From the NCBI GenBank assembly GCA_965216295.1, contig OZ244141.1, positions 365,299-429,298 on the forward strand: a stretch of DNA of 64,000 nucleotides. Direction: 5' to 3'. The position numbers and the translations under genes were made by a program. Positions within the stretch are counted from its first letter, which is position 1, and each line of letters begins with the position of its first letter. The notes beneath the pieces are model-generated. The model did no database searches. It saw only the letters and a list, made by a program, of their open reading frames with translations, and was not told where the DNA came from. The DNA is from Minisyncoccota bacterium. Its GTDB lineage: Bacteria > Patescibacteriota > Minisyncoccia > Phycocordibacterales > JABAAK01. Below are positions 1 to 8,576 of this stretch, piece by piece.

Positions 1-299
1 TATTGTACGTATTTTTTAAAATTGTCAGAAGAACTAAGTATGTAAAATGATTCAATATCTAAATTCTCAAAGCTTATATTACATTTTCGCAAATAAGGAT
101 CACCAGCTGTAGAATGTTCTCTGTCAAGAGGTGATTCAACACTTCCTAAATAAAAATTTTTAATTTTTAATTTTTTATTTGTAAAAAATAATCTTAAAGA
201 AAATCTGGAGGGCAAGTTATATGTAATTTTTTTCTTATTATTAGAAAAATCTATCTGTAGAAAACTAGGCTGATTTTTAATAATGGAAATTATATACAT
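1..299 (-). CDS. Hypothetical protein, C-terminal portion runs off window start (partial)
   Basis: Manual translation of the minus strand gives a stop-free frame from an ATG at 299-297 to position 1 (MYIISIIKNQPSFLQIDFSNNKKKITYNL...). It is lysine-rich and in an AT-rich region. The ORF track misses it because it is truncated at the edge. Confidence 0.3.
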   Translation of the reverse strand, partial: MYIISIIKNQPSFLQIDFSNNKKKITYNLPSRFSLRLFFTNKKLKIKNFYLGSVESPLDREHSTAGDPYLRKCNISFENLDIESFYILSSSDNFKKYVQ

Positions 300-630
300 A
301 ACATTAATCCCTCCTTATAAACCTTCAATACCGTCAAAAGGTTCAAAAAAATTATGTTTAATGTTCTCATTTCTATTACATTCAGTTAATTCAATAGTAC
401 AAGGCCCTTCTTCCACACCCTCAATGAAACTTCTAATTCCTTTTATTTCATTCCTTTCTAGTATTTTCATTTCAGAGTGCCAATAATATAATTTATATTA
501 ATTTTTCTTTCTTGTTATCAATATTTTTTAACAATATTCTCTTTTTGAGTACTTTACCCATATTTCCTCTCTCAACATGCTCATATTACCAAATGTAATA
601 AAAACATTCAAGATTATTTTACAATACCTA

Positions 631-1332
631 TCATATCTTTCTTTTCAACACAGCCTTTCGTTCCTCATCACCCATCTTCTCTATCGCATATCTCAGTGTT
701 GTTCTCGGAATTTTATTATAGTTTTTCTCTATAAAAACTCTTACCACCTTCGCATCCTTTTTATAAACCTCCCGTAACATCCACCCAATAGCTTTATGTA
801 TTAAATCTTCCTTGTCTGAGAGTAATTGTTTAGCAATCCGTAGAAACATTGTAAATTCTCCAGCCTTTATCATTGGAAAACATGATAGGACTGATATTCT
901 CCTTTCCCACAGATCTTTTGATAGAGAGAGACGTTCTATCTTCTTTCTTTCGCCTATGTGCCCTTTTATGTACTCTCCTATAACATTTGGAACGGTGACA
1001 TCAACAATATCCCAATTGTTCACATATTTGAGATTCTTATAGTAAAACGTATATATCTTTTTCTTCTCAGCCTCATTTGCCTGTTTATACCGATATGTCA
1101 GAATGAGAAACCCACACATCCTATACTCATGATATTTAGAGGTTATAAGTTTTAAAAGCTCAGGAGTCTTTATATCCTCATACGTCTTCGCAATATCTCG
1201 AAGTACTGGCATGGTGATACCTACAAAACTATCATGAGCAGAGTAACTTCCCTTCCCTGTTTTAAAAAATCTCTCAGAATTCTGTTTTTTCTTTTTACTA
1301 GAGTTTTTCTTTAATACTGAGAATACTGACAT
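631..1332 (-). CDS. DNA alkylation repair enzyme (AlkD/AlkC-like HEAT-repeat glycosylase family)
   Basis: The 249-aa ORF has '...FFKTGKGSYSAHDSFVGITMPVLRDIAK...LLSDKEDLIHKAIGWMLREV', typical of the DNA_alkylation family. An internal Met at ORF residue 17 is the likely true start; the ORF as called begins at 1380. Confidence 0.6.
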   Translation of the reverse strand: MSVFSVLKKNSSKKKKQNSERFFKTGKGSYSAHDSFVGITMPVLRDIAKTYEDIKTPELLKLITSKYHEYRMCGFLILTYRYKQANEAEKKKIYTFYYKNLKYVNNWDIVDVTVPNVIGEYIKGHIGERKKIERLSLSKDLWERRISVLSCFPMIKAGEFTMFLRIAKQLLSDKEDLIHKAIGWMLREVYKKDAKVVRVFIEKNYNKIPRTTLRYAIEKMGDEERKAVLKRKI

Positions 1333-1408
1333 ATAGTTATAGCAAGTATACCAAAAAACAAGTTGTATTCCACAGTGCAAAATTTATAAAAATATATATA
1401 ATTAATAT

Positions 1409-2353
1409 GTGAAGTTAATCTCTGGCGCTGCAAGCGAACATCTATCAAAAGAGGTATCGGATATTTTAAATGTATCCATGGTACCGGTCTATAACAAAAG
1501 CTTTGCAGATGGAGAATTGTATATGAAGATAGGTGAAAACATACGTGGATCAGATGTCTATATCATTCAATCCACATCACCAGATGTAAACGATAATATC
1601 ATGCATCTTTTACTGATGCTTGATGCTATTAAACGATCATCTGCAAAAAGTATAAATTTGATAATACCCTACTCTGGTTATGCAAGACAGGATAGGAAGG
1701 TAGAATCACGATCCCCCATCAGTGCACGTCTCGTCTCATCGATGATAGAGTTTGCAGGAGCAACTCGAGTAATGACTATAGACCTCCATTCAAAACAAGG
1801 TGAGGGGTTCTTCTCTGTTGCTGCTGATAACCTTTTTGCTATGCGATTCCTATACAAAGAGATAGCAAACTATGTACGAAAAAATTATGACGAAAAAGAT
1901 GTTTTAGTTGTCTCACCAGATACTGGGGGTGTTCCCCGGGCAAGAGCCTTAGGGAAGCTATTTAACTCCAGCATAGCCATAGTAGATAAAAGGAGAGATG
2001 TAGACGGCATTGCAGAGGTCATGAACGTTGTTGGTGATCCAAAAGGCAAGGTATGTATTATCATAGACGATATGATCGACTCTGGTAACACTATCATAAA
2101 GGCAGCAGAAGCATTAAAAAAAGAAGGTGCAATGGCAGTTATTGGTGCTGCAACGCACGGCCTCTTTACTGGTAATGCCTTTGAGAATATAGAAAAATCA
2201 TCTTTTAAGAAGTTCTTTATAACAAATACTATCGCTCTCAGTGATAAGATTAAGAAATCAGAGAAGATTCGAGAGATATCTGTCGCTCCTATGATTGCAG
2301 AGTGTATCCGACGTATAGAAAGGAGAGAATCTGTCTCAGAGTTGTTTGGTTAG
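1409..2353 (+). CDS. prs: Ribose-phosphate pyrophosphokinase (PRPP synthetase)
   Basis: The 314-aa protein carries Prs hallmarks: 'YSGYARQDRK', a 'VVSPDTGGV' PRPP loop, and the 'IIDDMIDSGNT' ribose-5-P binding motif. Confidence 0.9.
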   Translation: MKLISGAASEHLSKEVSDILNVSMVPVYNKSFADGELYMKIGENIRGSDVYIIQSTSPDVNDNIMHLLLMLDAIKRSSAKSINLIIPYSGYARQDRKVESRSPISARLVSSMIEFAGATRVMTIDLHSKQGEGFFSVAADNLFAMRFLYKEIANYVRKNYDEKDVLVVSPDTGGVPRARALGKLFNSSIAIVDKRRDVDGIAEVMNVVGDPKGKVCIIIDDMIDSGNTIIKAAEALKKEGAMAVIGAATHGLFTGNAFENIEKSSFKKFFITNTIALSDKIKKSEKIREISVAPMIAECIRRIERRESVSELFG

Positions 2354-2365
2354 GGTTTGAAAGTT

Positions 2366-2638
2366 TTACTGTTCGTCAGTATCCTTGTCATCGGTGTGTT
2401 TTCCTTCTAACTCTTCTTTTTCATGCTGACGTCTTTTGCCGTCATGAATATATCCTTTTTTCAATTCTTTATTCATAACATATCCTTTTTCGACTCCACG
2501 ATACTTTTTTCCATGTCCATCTCTGTCACCACATCCATGACCGATAAGAAGTCCTATCAAAAGACCTACTATAAACGCTAAAGCGAGAAAAGAGATTAAT
2601 TTATAATCCATTTTATTAAAAATTAACTTATAATCCAT
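2366..2638 (-). CDS. Small membrane-anchored His/Gly/Lys-rich hypothetical protein
   Basis: 90-aa ORF with one N-terminal TM helix and a charged HGKK/HEKEE-rich tail. The N-terminus is duplicated (MDYKLIFNK-MDYKLIS) because of a short DNA direct repeat, so the start is ambiguous (2638 or 2611). Confidence 0.35.
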   Translation of the reverse strand: MDYKLIFNKMDYKLISFLALAFIVGLLIGLLIGHGCGDRDGHGKKYRGVEKGYVMNKELKKGYIHDGKRRQHEKEELEGKHTDDKDTDEQ

Positions 2639-2705
2639 GTTATTTAGTATATCATGTTTTGAAATAGATTAATTTTATTGTATTAAATATTATTTTAATC
2701 TTAAT

Positions 2706-3827
2706 TTACGATGGCAAATCTGCAATTTCATCAAGCATGTCTGTACGAATCATTTCTACCTTAACATCTTTCTGAAATAACTTCATAAGACTTTCGTAAG
2801 ACAGAAAAGAAGTTCTATCGTATATGTCTTTAAAGCTTGGTCTATTAATTTCTCTATTAAATTTTTCATATCTTTCAGAATGAGATACTATATAAAATTT
2901 CATAGTGTTATCAGGCATTAATTTCGCAAAATCATTCAATCTAAGTAAACCAGAATATATTGTTGTTGTATTCTCAACTTCAAATGCACAGGGCATGCTA
3001 TTTCCATTAATCCATATAACATCAATATTTTTAATCACTTTTAAAACATCTTCACTGTATGCCGTAGGTAATTTGTCTATAAACGTATCCTCATTAAAAA
3101 TTTCTTCTTGTTTTTTCACACGATCTTTATCTGAACGTGGAATCCAAACGTTATAATTCCATTTCTCGGCAAGCTTTGCCAGTTTTGCCTGCATTTTAGA
3201 ATGTATCTTTTTTTCATCATCATTAAAACCACACTCATCCACCTCTTCCATCTCGTCATCTTTTTCTATGAAATCTCTATCTATTTCTTCTATGATACTT
3301 AACTCTTTCTGATCTTTTTCATTTAAGATAAATGAATCTTTATTTTGAAGCATAATATCAACCACTTTTTTTGCAATATCACTATCTATTTTTCTTAAAG
3401 AACTCTGACCAAATAGACTAGAAAAAGTATTGCTTAAAATCTGCCCCTCTGATCGATTACCTGAATATTCTGTATTATCTAAAAATTTCTGTTTTGCTCC
3501 AGAATCTTCAAGCATATTTTTTAAAGGTATAGATTTCTCCGCTTCCGAAAAATTTATAAATTTCTTACCTTCAACATCAAATCTCCATATGAAAGGGTCA
3601 TTTCTATTAACAAAATAGGGCTCTTCGTCCTTTCTAATATTTCCTTTGAATTCAAGTATCCCTATAAAACGGGAAAAATCACCACAATAGGATATTAACA
3701 AATCTCCCTTATTTAATTTGTTTTTAAGTTGATTTCTCTGTCTATTTCTTACACCAGCAATCTTTCCACCTTTTTCACAAAAAGTTTTCCATGTCTTTGG
3801 ACTAAATAAATAAAGATAGTAATTCAT
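2706..3827 (-). CDS. EVE (PUA-like) domain protein fused to a C-terminal nuclease-like domain; candidate modification-dependent (type IV-like) restriction endonuclease
   Basis: N-terminus 'YYLYLFSPKTWKTF...GVRNRQRNQLKNKLNKGDLLISYCGDFSRFIGILEF' matches the EVE consensus (W..GVRN.QA.N.L..M..GD..L.YHS......VGI.EV). An acidic linker (DEMEEVDECGFNDDE) follows. The C-terminal ~150 aa has a D...EVE-type motif (IDVIWING...CAFEVENTT) compatible with a PD-(D/E)xK-like fold. The gene is AT-rich and sits next to tRNA-Glu. Confidence 0.55.
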   Translation of the reverse strand: MNYYLYLFSPKTWKTFCEKGGKIAGVRNRQRNQLKNKLNKGDLLISYCGDFSRFIGILEFKGNIRKDEEPYFVNRNDPFIWRFDVEGKKFINFSEAEKSIPLKNMLEDSGAKQKFLDNTEYSGNRSEGQILSNTFSSLFGQSSLRKIDSDIAKKVVDIMLQNKDSFILNEKDQKELSIIEEIDRDFIEKDDEMEEVDECGFNDDEKKIHSKMQAKLAKLAEKWNYNVWIPRSDKDRVKKQEEIFNEDTFIDKLPTAYSEDVLKVIKNIDVIWINGNSMPCAFEVENTTTIYSGLLRLNDFAKLMPDNTMKFYIVSHSERYEKFNREINRPSFKDIYDRTSFLSYESLMKLFQKDVKVEMIRTDMLDEIADLPS

Positions 3828-3892
3828 ATATTCAGTATATATAAAAGGTTTAAGAATGTCTAAATCAATAAAAATACTATTAAATCTACATG

Positions 3893-3964
3893 TGACCCCA
3901 CGGGGAATCGAACCCCGGTTTCAGCCGTGAAAGGGCTGCGTCCTAGCCGCTAGACGATGGGGCC
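3893..3964 (-). tRNA. tRNA-Glu (anticodon TTC)
   Basis: Minus-strand sequence GGCCCCATCGTCTAGCGGCTAGGACGCAGCCCTTTCACGGCTG...GGTTCGATTCCCCGTGGGGTCA. The acceptor stem pairs over 7 bp (one GU), the anticodon loop is CTTTCAC, and the T-loop is TTCGATT. Confidence 0.85.
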
Positions 3965-3999
3965 TAGAGAACTGTTAAACCGATGTGAATATAACATGT

Positions 4000-4698
4000 T
4001 TACGCAAATCCACCAAACAAGGAACCGATAAAGAAAGCAATAGAACCGGCAATAGCACCAACGAAAGTAACTTCAACAATCGCAAGTGCAATGTTCTCTT
4101 TTGTTAAGTACCCCCGGATAAAGCCAAGTGTCATTAGAGCAATGGTAAACCCGAGTACTGAATAGGAGAATGCTTGTTCAGGAGATGAGAGAAGTATAAA
4201 TGGAATAATAGGAATAGCACCAAAGAGGATAAAGGCAAAGAAAGTTGCTGTTCCCCGAATACCAGGTCGTTCATGAGTTTGACTTTGCATATCTAATTTA
4301 TAACGCATAAGAAAATCAACCCAGTACGCTTCGTTATGTTTAAACAGAGAAACTAATGATCGTGCATCTTCAGAAGAAAAACCACGTTCTTCTAAGACTT
4401 CAAGAGTAATGGCAACGGCTTCTTCCCGAGAATTTCGTAAGAGTTCCCTTTCTTCCCTCTCACGGACAGTGTAGAGTTTTTTTGCACTTCGAAGAGAGAG
4501 GAAATTTCCTAATCCCATAGAAACACCATCAGCAAAGAGGTTAGCAAAGCCAAAAAGGAGTACAAGGAAGATAGAGAACGTTCCTGTTGTATCGGTTGCA
4601 AAGCTAGCACCGGAGAATCCTGAAACAATGGCAAAGGTGGTGATAATACCATCGATACCTCCGTAGATAATTTCTCTAATATAGACAACAAAAGACAT
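4000..4698 (-). CDS. VIT1/CCC1-family membrane protein (putative Fe/Mn transporter, DUF125)
   Basis: 'EIIYGGIDGIITTFAIVSGFSGA' is a typical VIT-family N-terminal motif. Several TM segments and a central cytoplasmic acidic helix are present. Confidence 0.65.
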   Translation of the reverse strand: MSFVVYIREIIYGGIDGIITTFAIVSGFSGASFATDTTGTFSIFLVLLFGFANLFADGVSMGLGNFLSLRSAKKLYTVREREERELLRNSREEAVAITLEVLEERGFSSEDARSLVSLFKHNEAYWVDFLMRYKLDMQSQTHERPGIRGTATFFAFILFGAIPIIPFILLSSPEQAFSYSVLGFTIALMTLGFIRGYLTKENIALAIVEVTFVGAIAGSIAFFIGSLFGGFA

Positions 4699-4809
4699 AG
4701 CAATTACCCCTTTATTGTAACAGGTTACCTGATGTATTATGATATAGCATAGTTTTGGTACATATATGTGTCCTCAAATGTGCATTTATACAATGAGTAA
4801 TATAAAATT

Positions 4810-5538
4810 ATGGAATCAATGAAAGATGAGAGTGGAAGTGAAAATATCAAGACCCCTCAACGAAAGTGTAATAACACATGGATTACAATCATCTTAGTAG
4901 TTATTGTTGTAGCCGGTATTTTTCTTGTGTATTCGTATGATTCAGACAACAAGAAGCACGGTTATAAAAAGGAAAGTAGCTTAGTTACATTGGAAGGTAA
5001 AGTAGACTATCCGAGTTGGTTGGCTGAGTCAGCAACAGAATCTGAAATAACAAAGATTATAGATGAACAGAGAGAAATGGTACAGCAAGCAGTTAATCAG
5101 GCAAATAATGAACAACCAGACCTCTATAAGAAAAGAGGTATTGATCACTTTGAGTTCATTGTCGCTGATTTCATGCGATGGAGGCCAAATAGTTGGGATA
5201 GTATTCGATTCACAACGCAGTCATTCACTGGTGGTGCTCACTACAACACCTATCTCTTTAGTGTTAACGCTACCGCAAATGGAGAAATTGTCAAAAACAT
5301 TGGAGATTACTTGAGAACAGTGTCATACGATCAAGAAACATTTCTCACTGATCTAAACAAGGCACTCTCAACACAAGGTCGCACAGCAGTAGAGACAATT
5401 GGTGATGTTATCGTGTGGAACCTCAGAGATGTTAGTGAAGAAGGACAGAGTCCTGATCTTCTTATCTCATTCCCTCCCTGTAACGTTGCGTCGTGTGCCG
5501 ACGGCATTATTGAAGTAATTCTTCCGGTAAAAGGATAG
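4810..5538 (+). CDS. Membrane-anchored DUF4163/DUF3298-like (RsiV-like) domain protein
   Basis: N-terminal TM anchor. The 'FTGGAHYNTYLFSVN' stretch resembles the GGAH core of DUF3298. Family assignment is tentative. Confidence 0.45.
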   Translation: MESMKDESGSENIKTPQRKCNNTWITIILVVIVVAGIFLVYSYDSDNKKHGYKKESSLVTLEGKVDYPSWLAESATESEITKIIDEQREMVQQAVNQANNEQPDLYKKRGIDHFEFIVADFMRWRPNSWDSIRFTTQSFTGGAHYNTYLFSVNATANGEIVKNIGDYLRTVSYDQETFLTDLNKALSTQGRTAVETIGDVIVWNLRDVSEEGQSPDLLISFPPCNVASCADGIIEVILPVKG

Positions 5539-5574
5539 GAATAACATATACCACTTACGCACAGAGTGGTATAT

Positions 5575-5649
5575 GGGCGATTAGCTCAGTTGGCTTAGAG
5601 CACTCCCTTGACTTGGGAGGGGTCACAGGTTCGAGTCCTGTATCGCTCA
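5575..5649 (+). tRNA. tRNA-Val (anticodon GAC)
   Basis: GGGCGATTAGCTCAGTTGGCTTAGAGCACTCCCTTGACTTGGGAGGGGTCACAGGTTCGAGTCCTGTATCGCTCA. It folds as a cloverleaf with anticodon stem CTCCC/GGGAG, loop TTGACTT and a GGTTCGAGTCC T-arm. Position 37 is a T, which is unusual. Confidence 0.75.
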
Positions 5650-5733
5650 CATTATTTAAGTATGTATTTAGTGTTTTTCAAAAATCTGATGTCGTTATAA
5701 TTATTTCTACTTTCTTATGTTATACTGCATCCA

Positions 5734-5882
5734 TGGCCCACAAAAAAACAACAAGTCCTCGAATTGCTACTAAGGCTAGTAAGGCTCTCAGAAGTCATTC
5801 TACTTCTAGAAGTACCAAAAGTATTGCTGGGAGTGCTTTATCGCAAAAACACGGCAGCAAAGGAGGTAGCAAAAGGAAATAA
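5734..5882 (+). CDS. Small, very basic Ser/Lys-rich protein (histone-H1-tail-like); hypothetical
   Basis: MAHKKTTSPRIATKASKALRSHSTSRSTKSIAGSALSQKHGSKGGSKRK, 49 aa from an internal ATG of the listed ORF. The upstream part of that ORF overlaps tRNA-Val and is rejected. A TATACT -10-like hexamer lies just upstream. Confidence 0.25.
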
Positions 5883-6018
5883 AATTTCTCTGTACTTTGA
5901 TAGTATATTATTTAAATTAAATTTTTATTTATAGTTTTTACTAGTTTTATCACATCTGTTATATTTTTCACAAACCTAATTATTTATTTTAGTTTAATAT
6001 TAAAATTAAAATAAACAT

Positions 6019-7176
6019 ATGTATATTCTCGGTATCGAAACAAGCTGCGATGAAACTGCCCTCTTCTATGCAAACTACAAAGAAAAAGGAGAAACAGTGC
6101 AGATCAATGACATCACAGAACGACTGTACTCACAAGCAGCAAAACATAGCCAGTACGGTGGTGTCTATCCTTCTCTTGCCAAACGAGAACATCAAACACA
6201 CCTCCCTATCCTCACCAATGAACTCATCAAAGAAATACCAACAACTGATATAGCAATAGAAAACAAAGAAACAGAAATACAAGAACTCCTCAAGCGAGAA
6301 CCAGAGTTACTGCAAGCAATCACAAAACTCCCACAACAAAAACCACGCATTGATGGTATCGCAGTAACAGTCGGTCCAGGATTAGCACCAGCACTATGGA
6401 TTGGTGTCAATTGGGCACGAGCGTTAGCAACACTCTGGAATCTCCCCATCATCCCAGTCAATCATATGGAAGGCCACATTGTCGCTTCTTTGATGGAAGG
6501 TAGCCCAACAGATGGCTACACTCTCACAAAGCCAGAGTACCCACTCCTAGCACTACTTGTCTCTGGAGGCCACACTGAACTTGTTTTTTCAAAGAGTCTC
6601 GGCAACTATACAAAGATTGGTGCAACAAAAGATGATGCTGTTGGTGAAGCATTTGATAAGGTTGCTCGTCTGATGGATCTTCCCTACCCTGGTGGACCAG
6701 CAATTGCACAGTTAGCACAGAGAGCAAGAGAGACAAAACAACACCTCCCTGTAGAATTTCCCCGCCCAATGATAAACGATGGTACCTACTCATTTTCATA
6801 CTCAGGATTAAAGACCGCGGTTCGCAGATACCTTGAAGAAAAGAAACTAACCTCAGAAGAACAAAAAGAAGCTATTGCGTGTGCGTTTGAAGATGCTGCT
6901 ATTGAACCGTTGGTGTATAAGACAAGAAAAGCGGTTGAGGAGTACCAACCAAAAACGCTCATCGTTGGTGGTGGTGTTTCTGCAAATACCTATCTTCGCC
7001 ATCAAATACATCAAAAATTACACAATCACAATCCAGATCTTGCTATACGATTTCCTCACCCAACCTTAGCGACAGACAATGCCACTATGATTGCAACCAT
7101 CGGCTACCTGAGAAGAAATGACCTTACCACAACAAACAGAGAAAGAGTTGCCGCACAGCCTAATCTCTCCTTGTAG
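6019..7176 (+). CDS. tsaD: tRNA N6-adenosine threonylcarbamoyltransferase TsaD (Kae1/YgjD family)
   Basis: 'MYILGIETSCDETA', 'GVNWARALA', and metal-binding HMEGH...GGHTEL motifs are present. The protein is ~40 aa longer than typical because of an inserted charged segment (residues ~70-100). Confidence 0.9.
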   Translation: MYILGIETSCDETALFYANYKEKGETVQINDITERLYSQAAKHSQYGGVYPSLAKREHQTHLPILTNELIKEIPTTDIAIENKETEIQELLKREPELLQAITKLPQQKPRIDGIAVTVGPGLAPALWIGVNWARALATLWNLPIIPVNHMEGHIVASLMEGSPTDGYTLTKPEYPLLALLVSGGHTELVFSKSLGNYTKIGATKDDAVGEAFDKVARLMDLPYPGGPAIAQLAQRARETKQHLPVEFPRPMINDGTYSFSYSGLKTAVRRYLEEKKLTSEEQKEAIACAFEDAAIEPLVYKTRKAVEEYQPKTLIVGGGVSANTYLRHQIHQKLHNHNPDLAIRFPHPTLATDNATMIATIGYLRRNDLTTTNRERVAAQPNLSL

Positions 7177-7179
7177 GAT

Positions 7180-7725
7180 GTGGTATACTATCGTACGGTA
7201 AAAAAACATATGGCGGAGAGAAATAAAAAACCTTCATTTTTTGGAAAACTATTTGGTGGTCGTGGTGAAGTAGATGACTACTTTGAAGATGACGACGAAC
7301 GCTACGATGGTGATGACTATCGAGCAGAAGAAGAAACTGAAGAGTATGAAGAAGAGGAAGAGGAAGAATTGCGTGACAGAAACGAAGAGGAACGAGAGAT
7401 GTCTATCAACCTCATTGATAAAGGAGATAGTCTTGAGATATGTGCTCCAGTCCCTGGTGCTGGTCCAGATGAAATAAATGTCTCTATCACTCGAGAAGTA
7501 ATCACTATTACTTTAAGCGTTAAAGAAAAAGATCTTGTTAAAGAAGGTTCCTACCTATCACAAGAAGTGTATATCGGTCGTGCATCAAGAAGCATTATGC
7601 TCCCTGTTGATATTGATGTAGAAGAATCATCGGCGGAAGTAAAAGATGGATTACTCTTGATTACCATGCCAAAGGTAAGTAAGAAAAAGAAAAAGCGCAC
7701 ACTGGTGGTGTCACGAAAGAAGTAA
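7180..7725 (+). CDS. Hsp20/alpha-crystallin small heat-shock protein with acidic N-terminal extension
   Basis: C-terminal alpha-crystallin domain ('INVSITREVITITLSVKEK...SYLSQEVYIGRASRSIMLPVDID...KDGLLLITMPK'). N-terminal ~70 aa are extremely Glu/Asp-rich (EEETEEYEEEEEEELRDRNEEERE). Confidence 0.8.
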   Translation: MVYYRTVKKHMAERNKKPSFFGKLFGGRGEVDDYFEDDDERYDGDDYRAEEETEEYEEEEEEELRDRNEEEREMSINLIDKGDSLEICAPVPGAGPDEINVSITREVITITLSVKEKDLVKEGSYLSQEVYIGRASRSIMLPVDIDVEESSAEVKDGLLLITMPKVSKKKKKRTLVVSRKK

Positions 7726-7739
7726 TAAATATATTTTTG

Positions 7740-7813
7740 TGCTGAGGGTGAGACTCGAACTCACGACCCCTCGCTCTTCAAGCGAATGCTCTAACCAACT
7801 GAGCTACCTCAGC
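7740..7813 (-). tRNA. tRNA-Phe (anticodon GAA)
   Basis: Minus strand GCTGAGGTAGCTCAGTTGGTTAGAGCATTCGCTTGAAGAGCGAGGGGTCGTGAGTTCGAGTCTCACCCTCAGCA. Anticodon loop is TTGAAGA. Confidence 0.85.
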
Positions 7814-7837
7814 GTGTGTACCGTCTCAAGTATACCG

Positions 7838-8125
7838 CTATGATTCCTGTGTTGGGAAAATATTCGTCACGGTGTCAATAAGGCTTTTCCCTTGCTGTAA
7901 GATTTCTTCGCTTTGTTTCACAACACTCTGGAACGCAGTAATGTGCCCCGCAATGACATCTTGATTAGCCTGATACCAATAGTATCCGTAAGCAATAGTA
8001 ACGGCAAACACAACAATCATAAAAAGTTTTTTCATCAATTGAGCGTTACGATTCGCCCGAAGCATGCGATTGTTATGTCGCACAACTCCAAGCATTTCAT
8101 TAATTTTATCCTTCCCATCATCCAT
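7838..8125 (-). CDS. Small membrane-anchored hypothetical protein
   Basis: 95-aa ORF with a single TM helix (LFMIVVFAVTIAYGYYWY). No recognisable motif. Confidence 0.35.
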   Translation of the reverse strand: MDDGKDKINEMLGVVRHNNRMLRANRNAQLMKKLFMIVVFAVTIAYGYYWYQANQDVIAGHITAFQSVVKQSEEILQQGKSLIDTVTNIFPTQES

Positions 8126-8165
8126 ACGATAGTAAGTATAGCGTGTTTATTTGGTACAACTCGTG

Positions 8166-8238
8166 CCTCCCCATTAGGAATCGAACCTAAAGCTGCCCCT
8201 TAGGAGGGGGCTGTTTTATCCATTAAACTATGGGGAGC
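8166..8238 (-). tRNA. tRNA-Arg (anticodon CCT)
   Basis: Minus strand (G)CTCCCCATAGTTTAATGGATAAAACAGCCCCCTCCTAAGGGGCAGCTTTAGGTTCGATTCCTAATGGGGAGG. Acceptor CTCCCCA/TGGGGAG, anticodon stem GCCCC/GGGGC, loop CTCCTAA. The exact 5' end is uncertain by 1 nt. Confidence 0.75.
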
Positions 8239-8264
8239 ACAGTACTCCACCCCACCATATGTTA

Positions 8265-8510
8265 TTATTGACTAATATTCAATGCTTTAGCTAGCTTCTC
8301 TTCATCAAAACCAACAATGACATCATCACCAACAAAGGTGACCGGAACACCAATCTGTCCACTCCTTTCAACCAATTCATTCGTTAACTTCTCATCGCCT
8401 GAAACAACTCTCTCGTCATATTCAATATTATGCTTCTCTAAGTATTCTTTTAATGTTTTACAGTGGTGACATGTTGGTGATGTATACACCTCAATAGTAT
8501 TTTTCTCCAT
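8265..8510 (-). CDS. Glutaredoxin-like/NrdH-like small thioredoxin-fold protein
   Basis: 81 aa. 'VYTSPTCHHCKTLKEYL' gives a CxxC active site in the glutaredoxin-like arrangement, and a 'GVPVTFVGDDVIVGF' motif follows. Confidence 0.75.
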   Translation of the reverse strand: MEKNTIEVYTSPTCHHCKTLKEYLEKHNIEYDERVVSGDEKLTNELVERSGQIGVPVTFVGDDVIVGFDEEKLAKALNISQ

Positions 8511-8576
8511 CGTATGAAATATTATCTAGTAATGCATGCAAAAAGCAAATGCATAACAATAGTGTACCACAAGGAA

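Noticed and set aside
5613-5733. N-terminal 40 aa of the listed 89-aa ORF 5613..5882
   Set aside because: This part is encoded by the 3' half of tRNA-Val. Only the portion from the internal ATG at 5734 is retained, and only as a low-confidence small protein.
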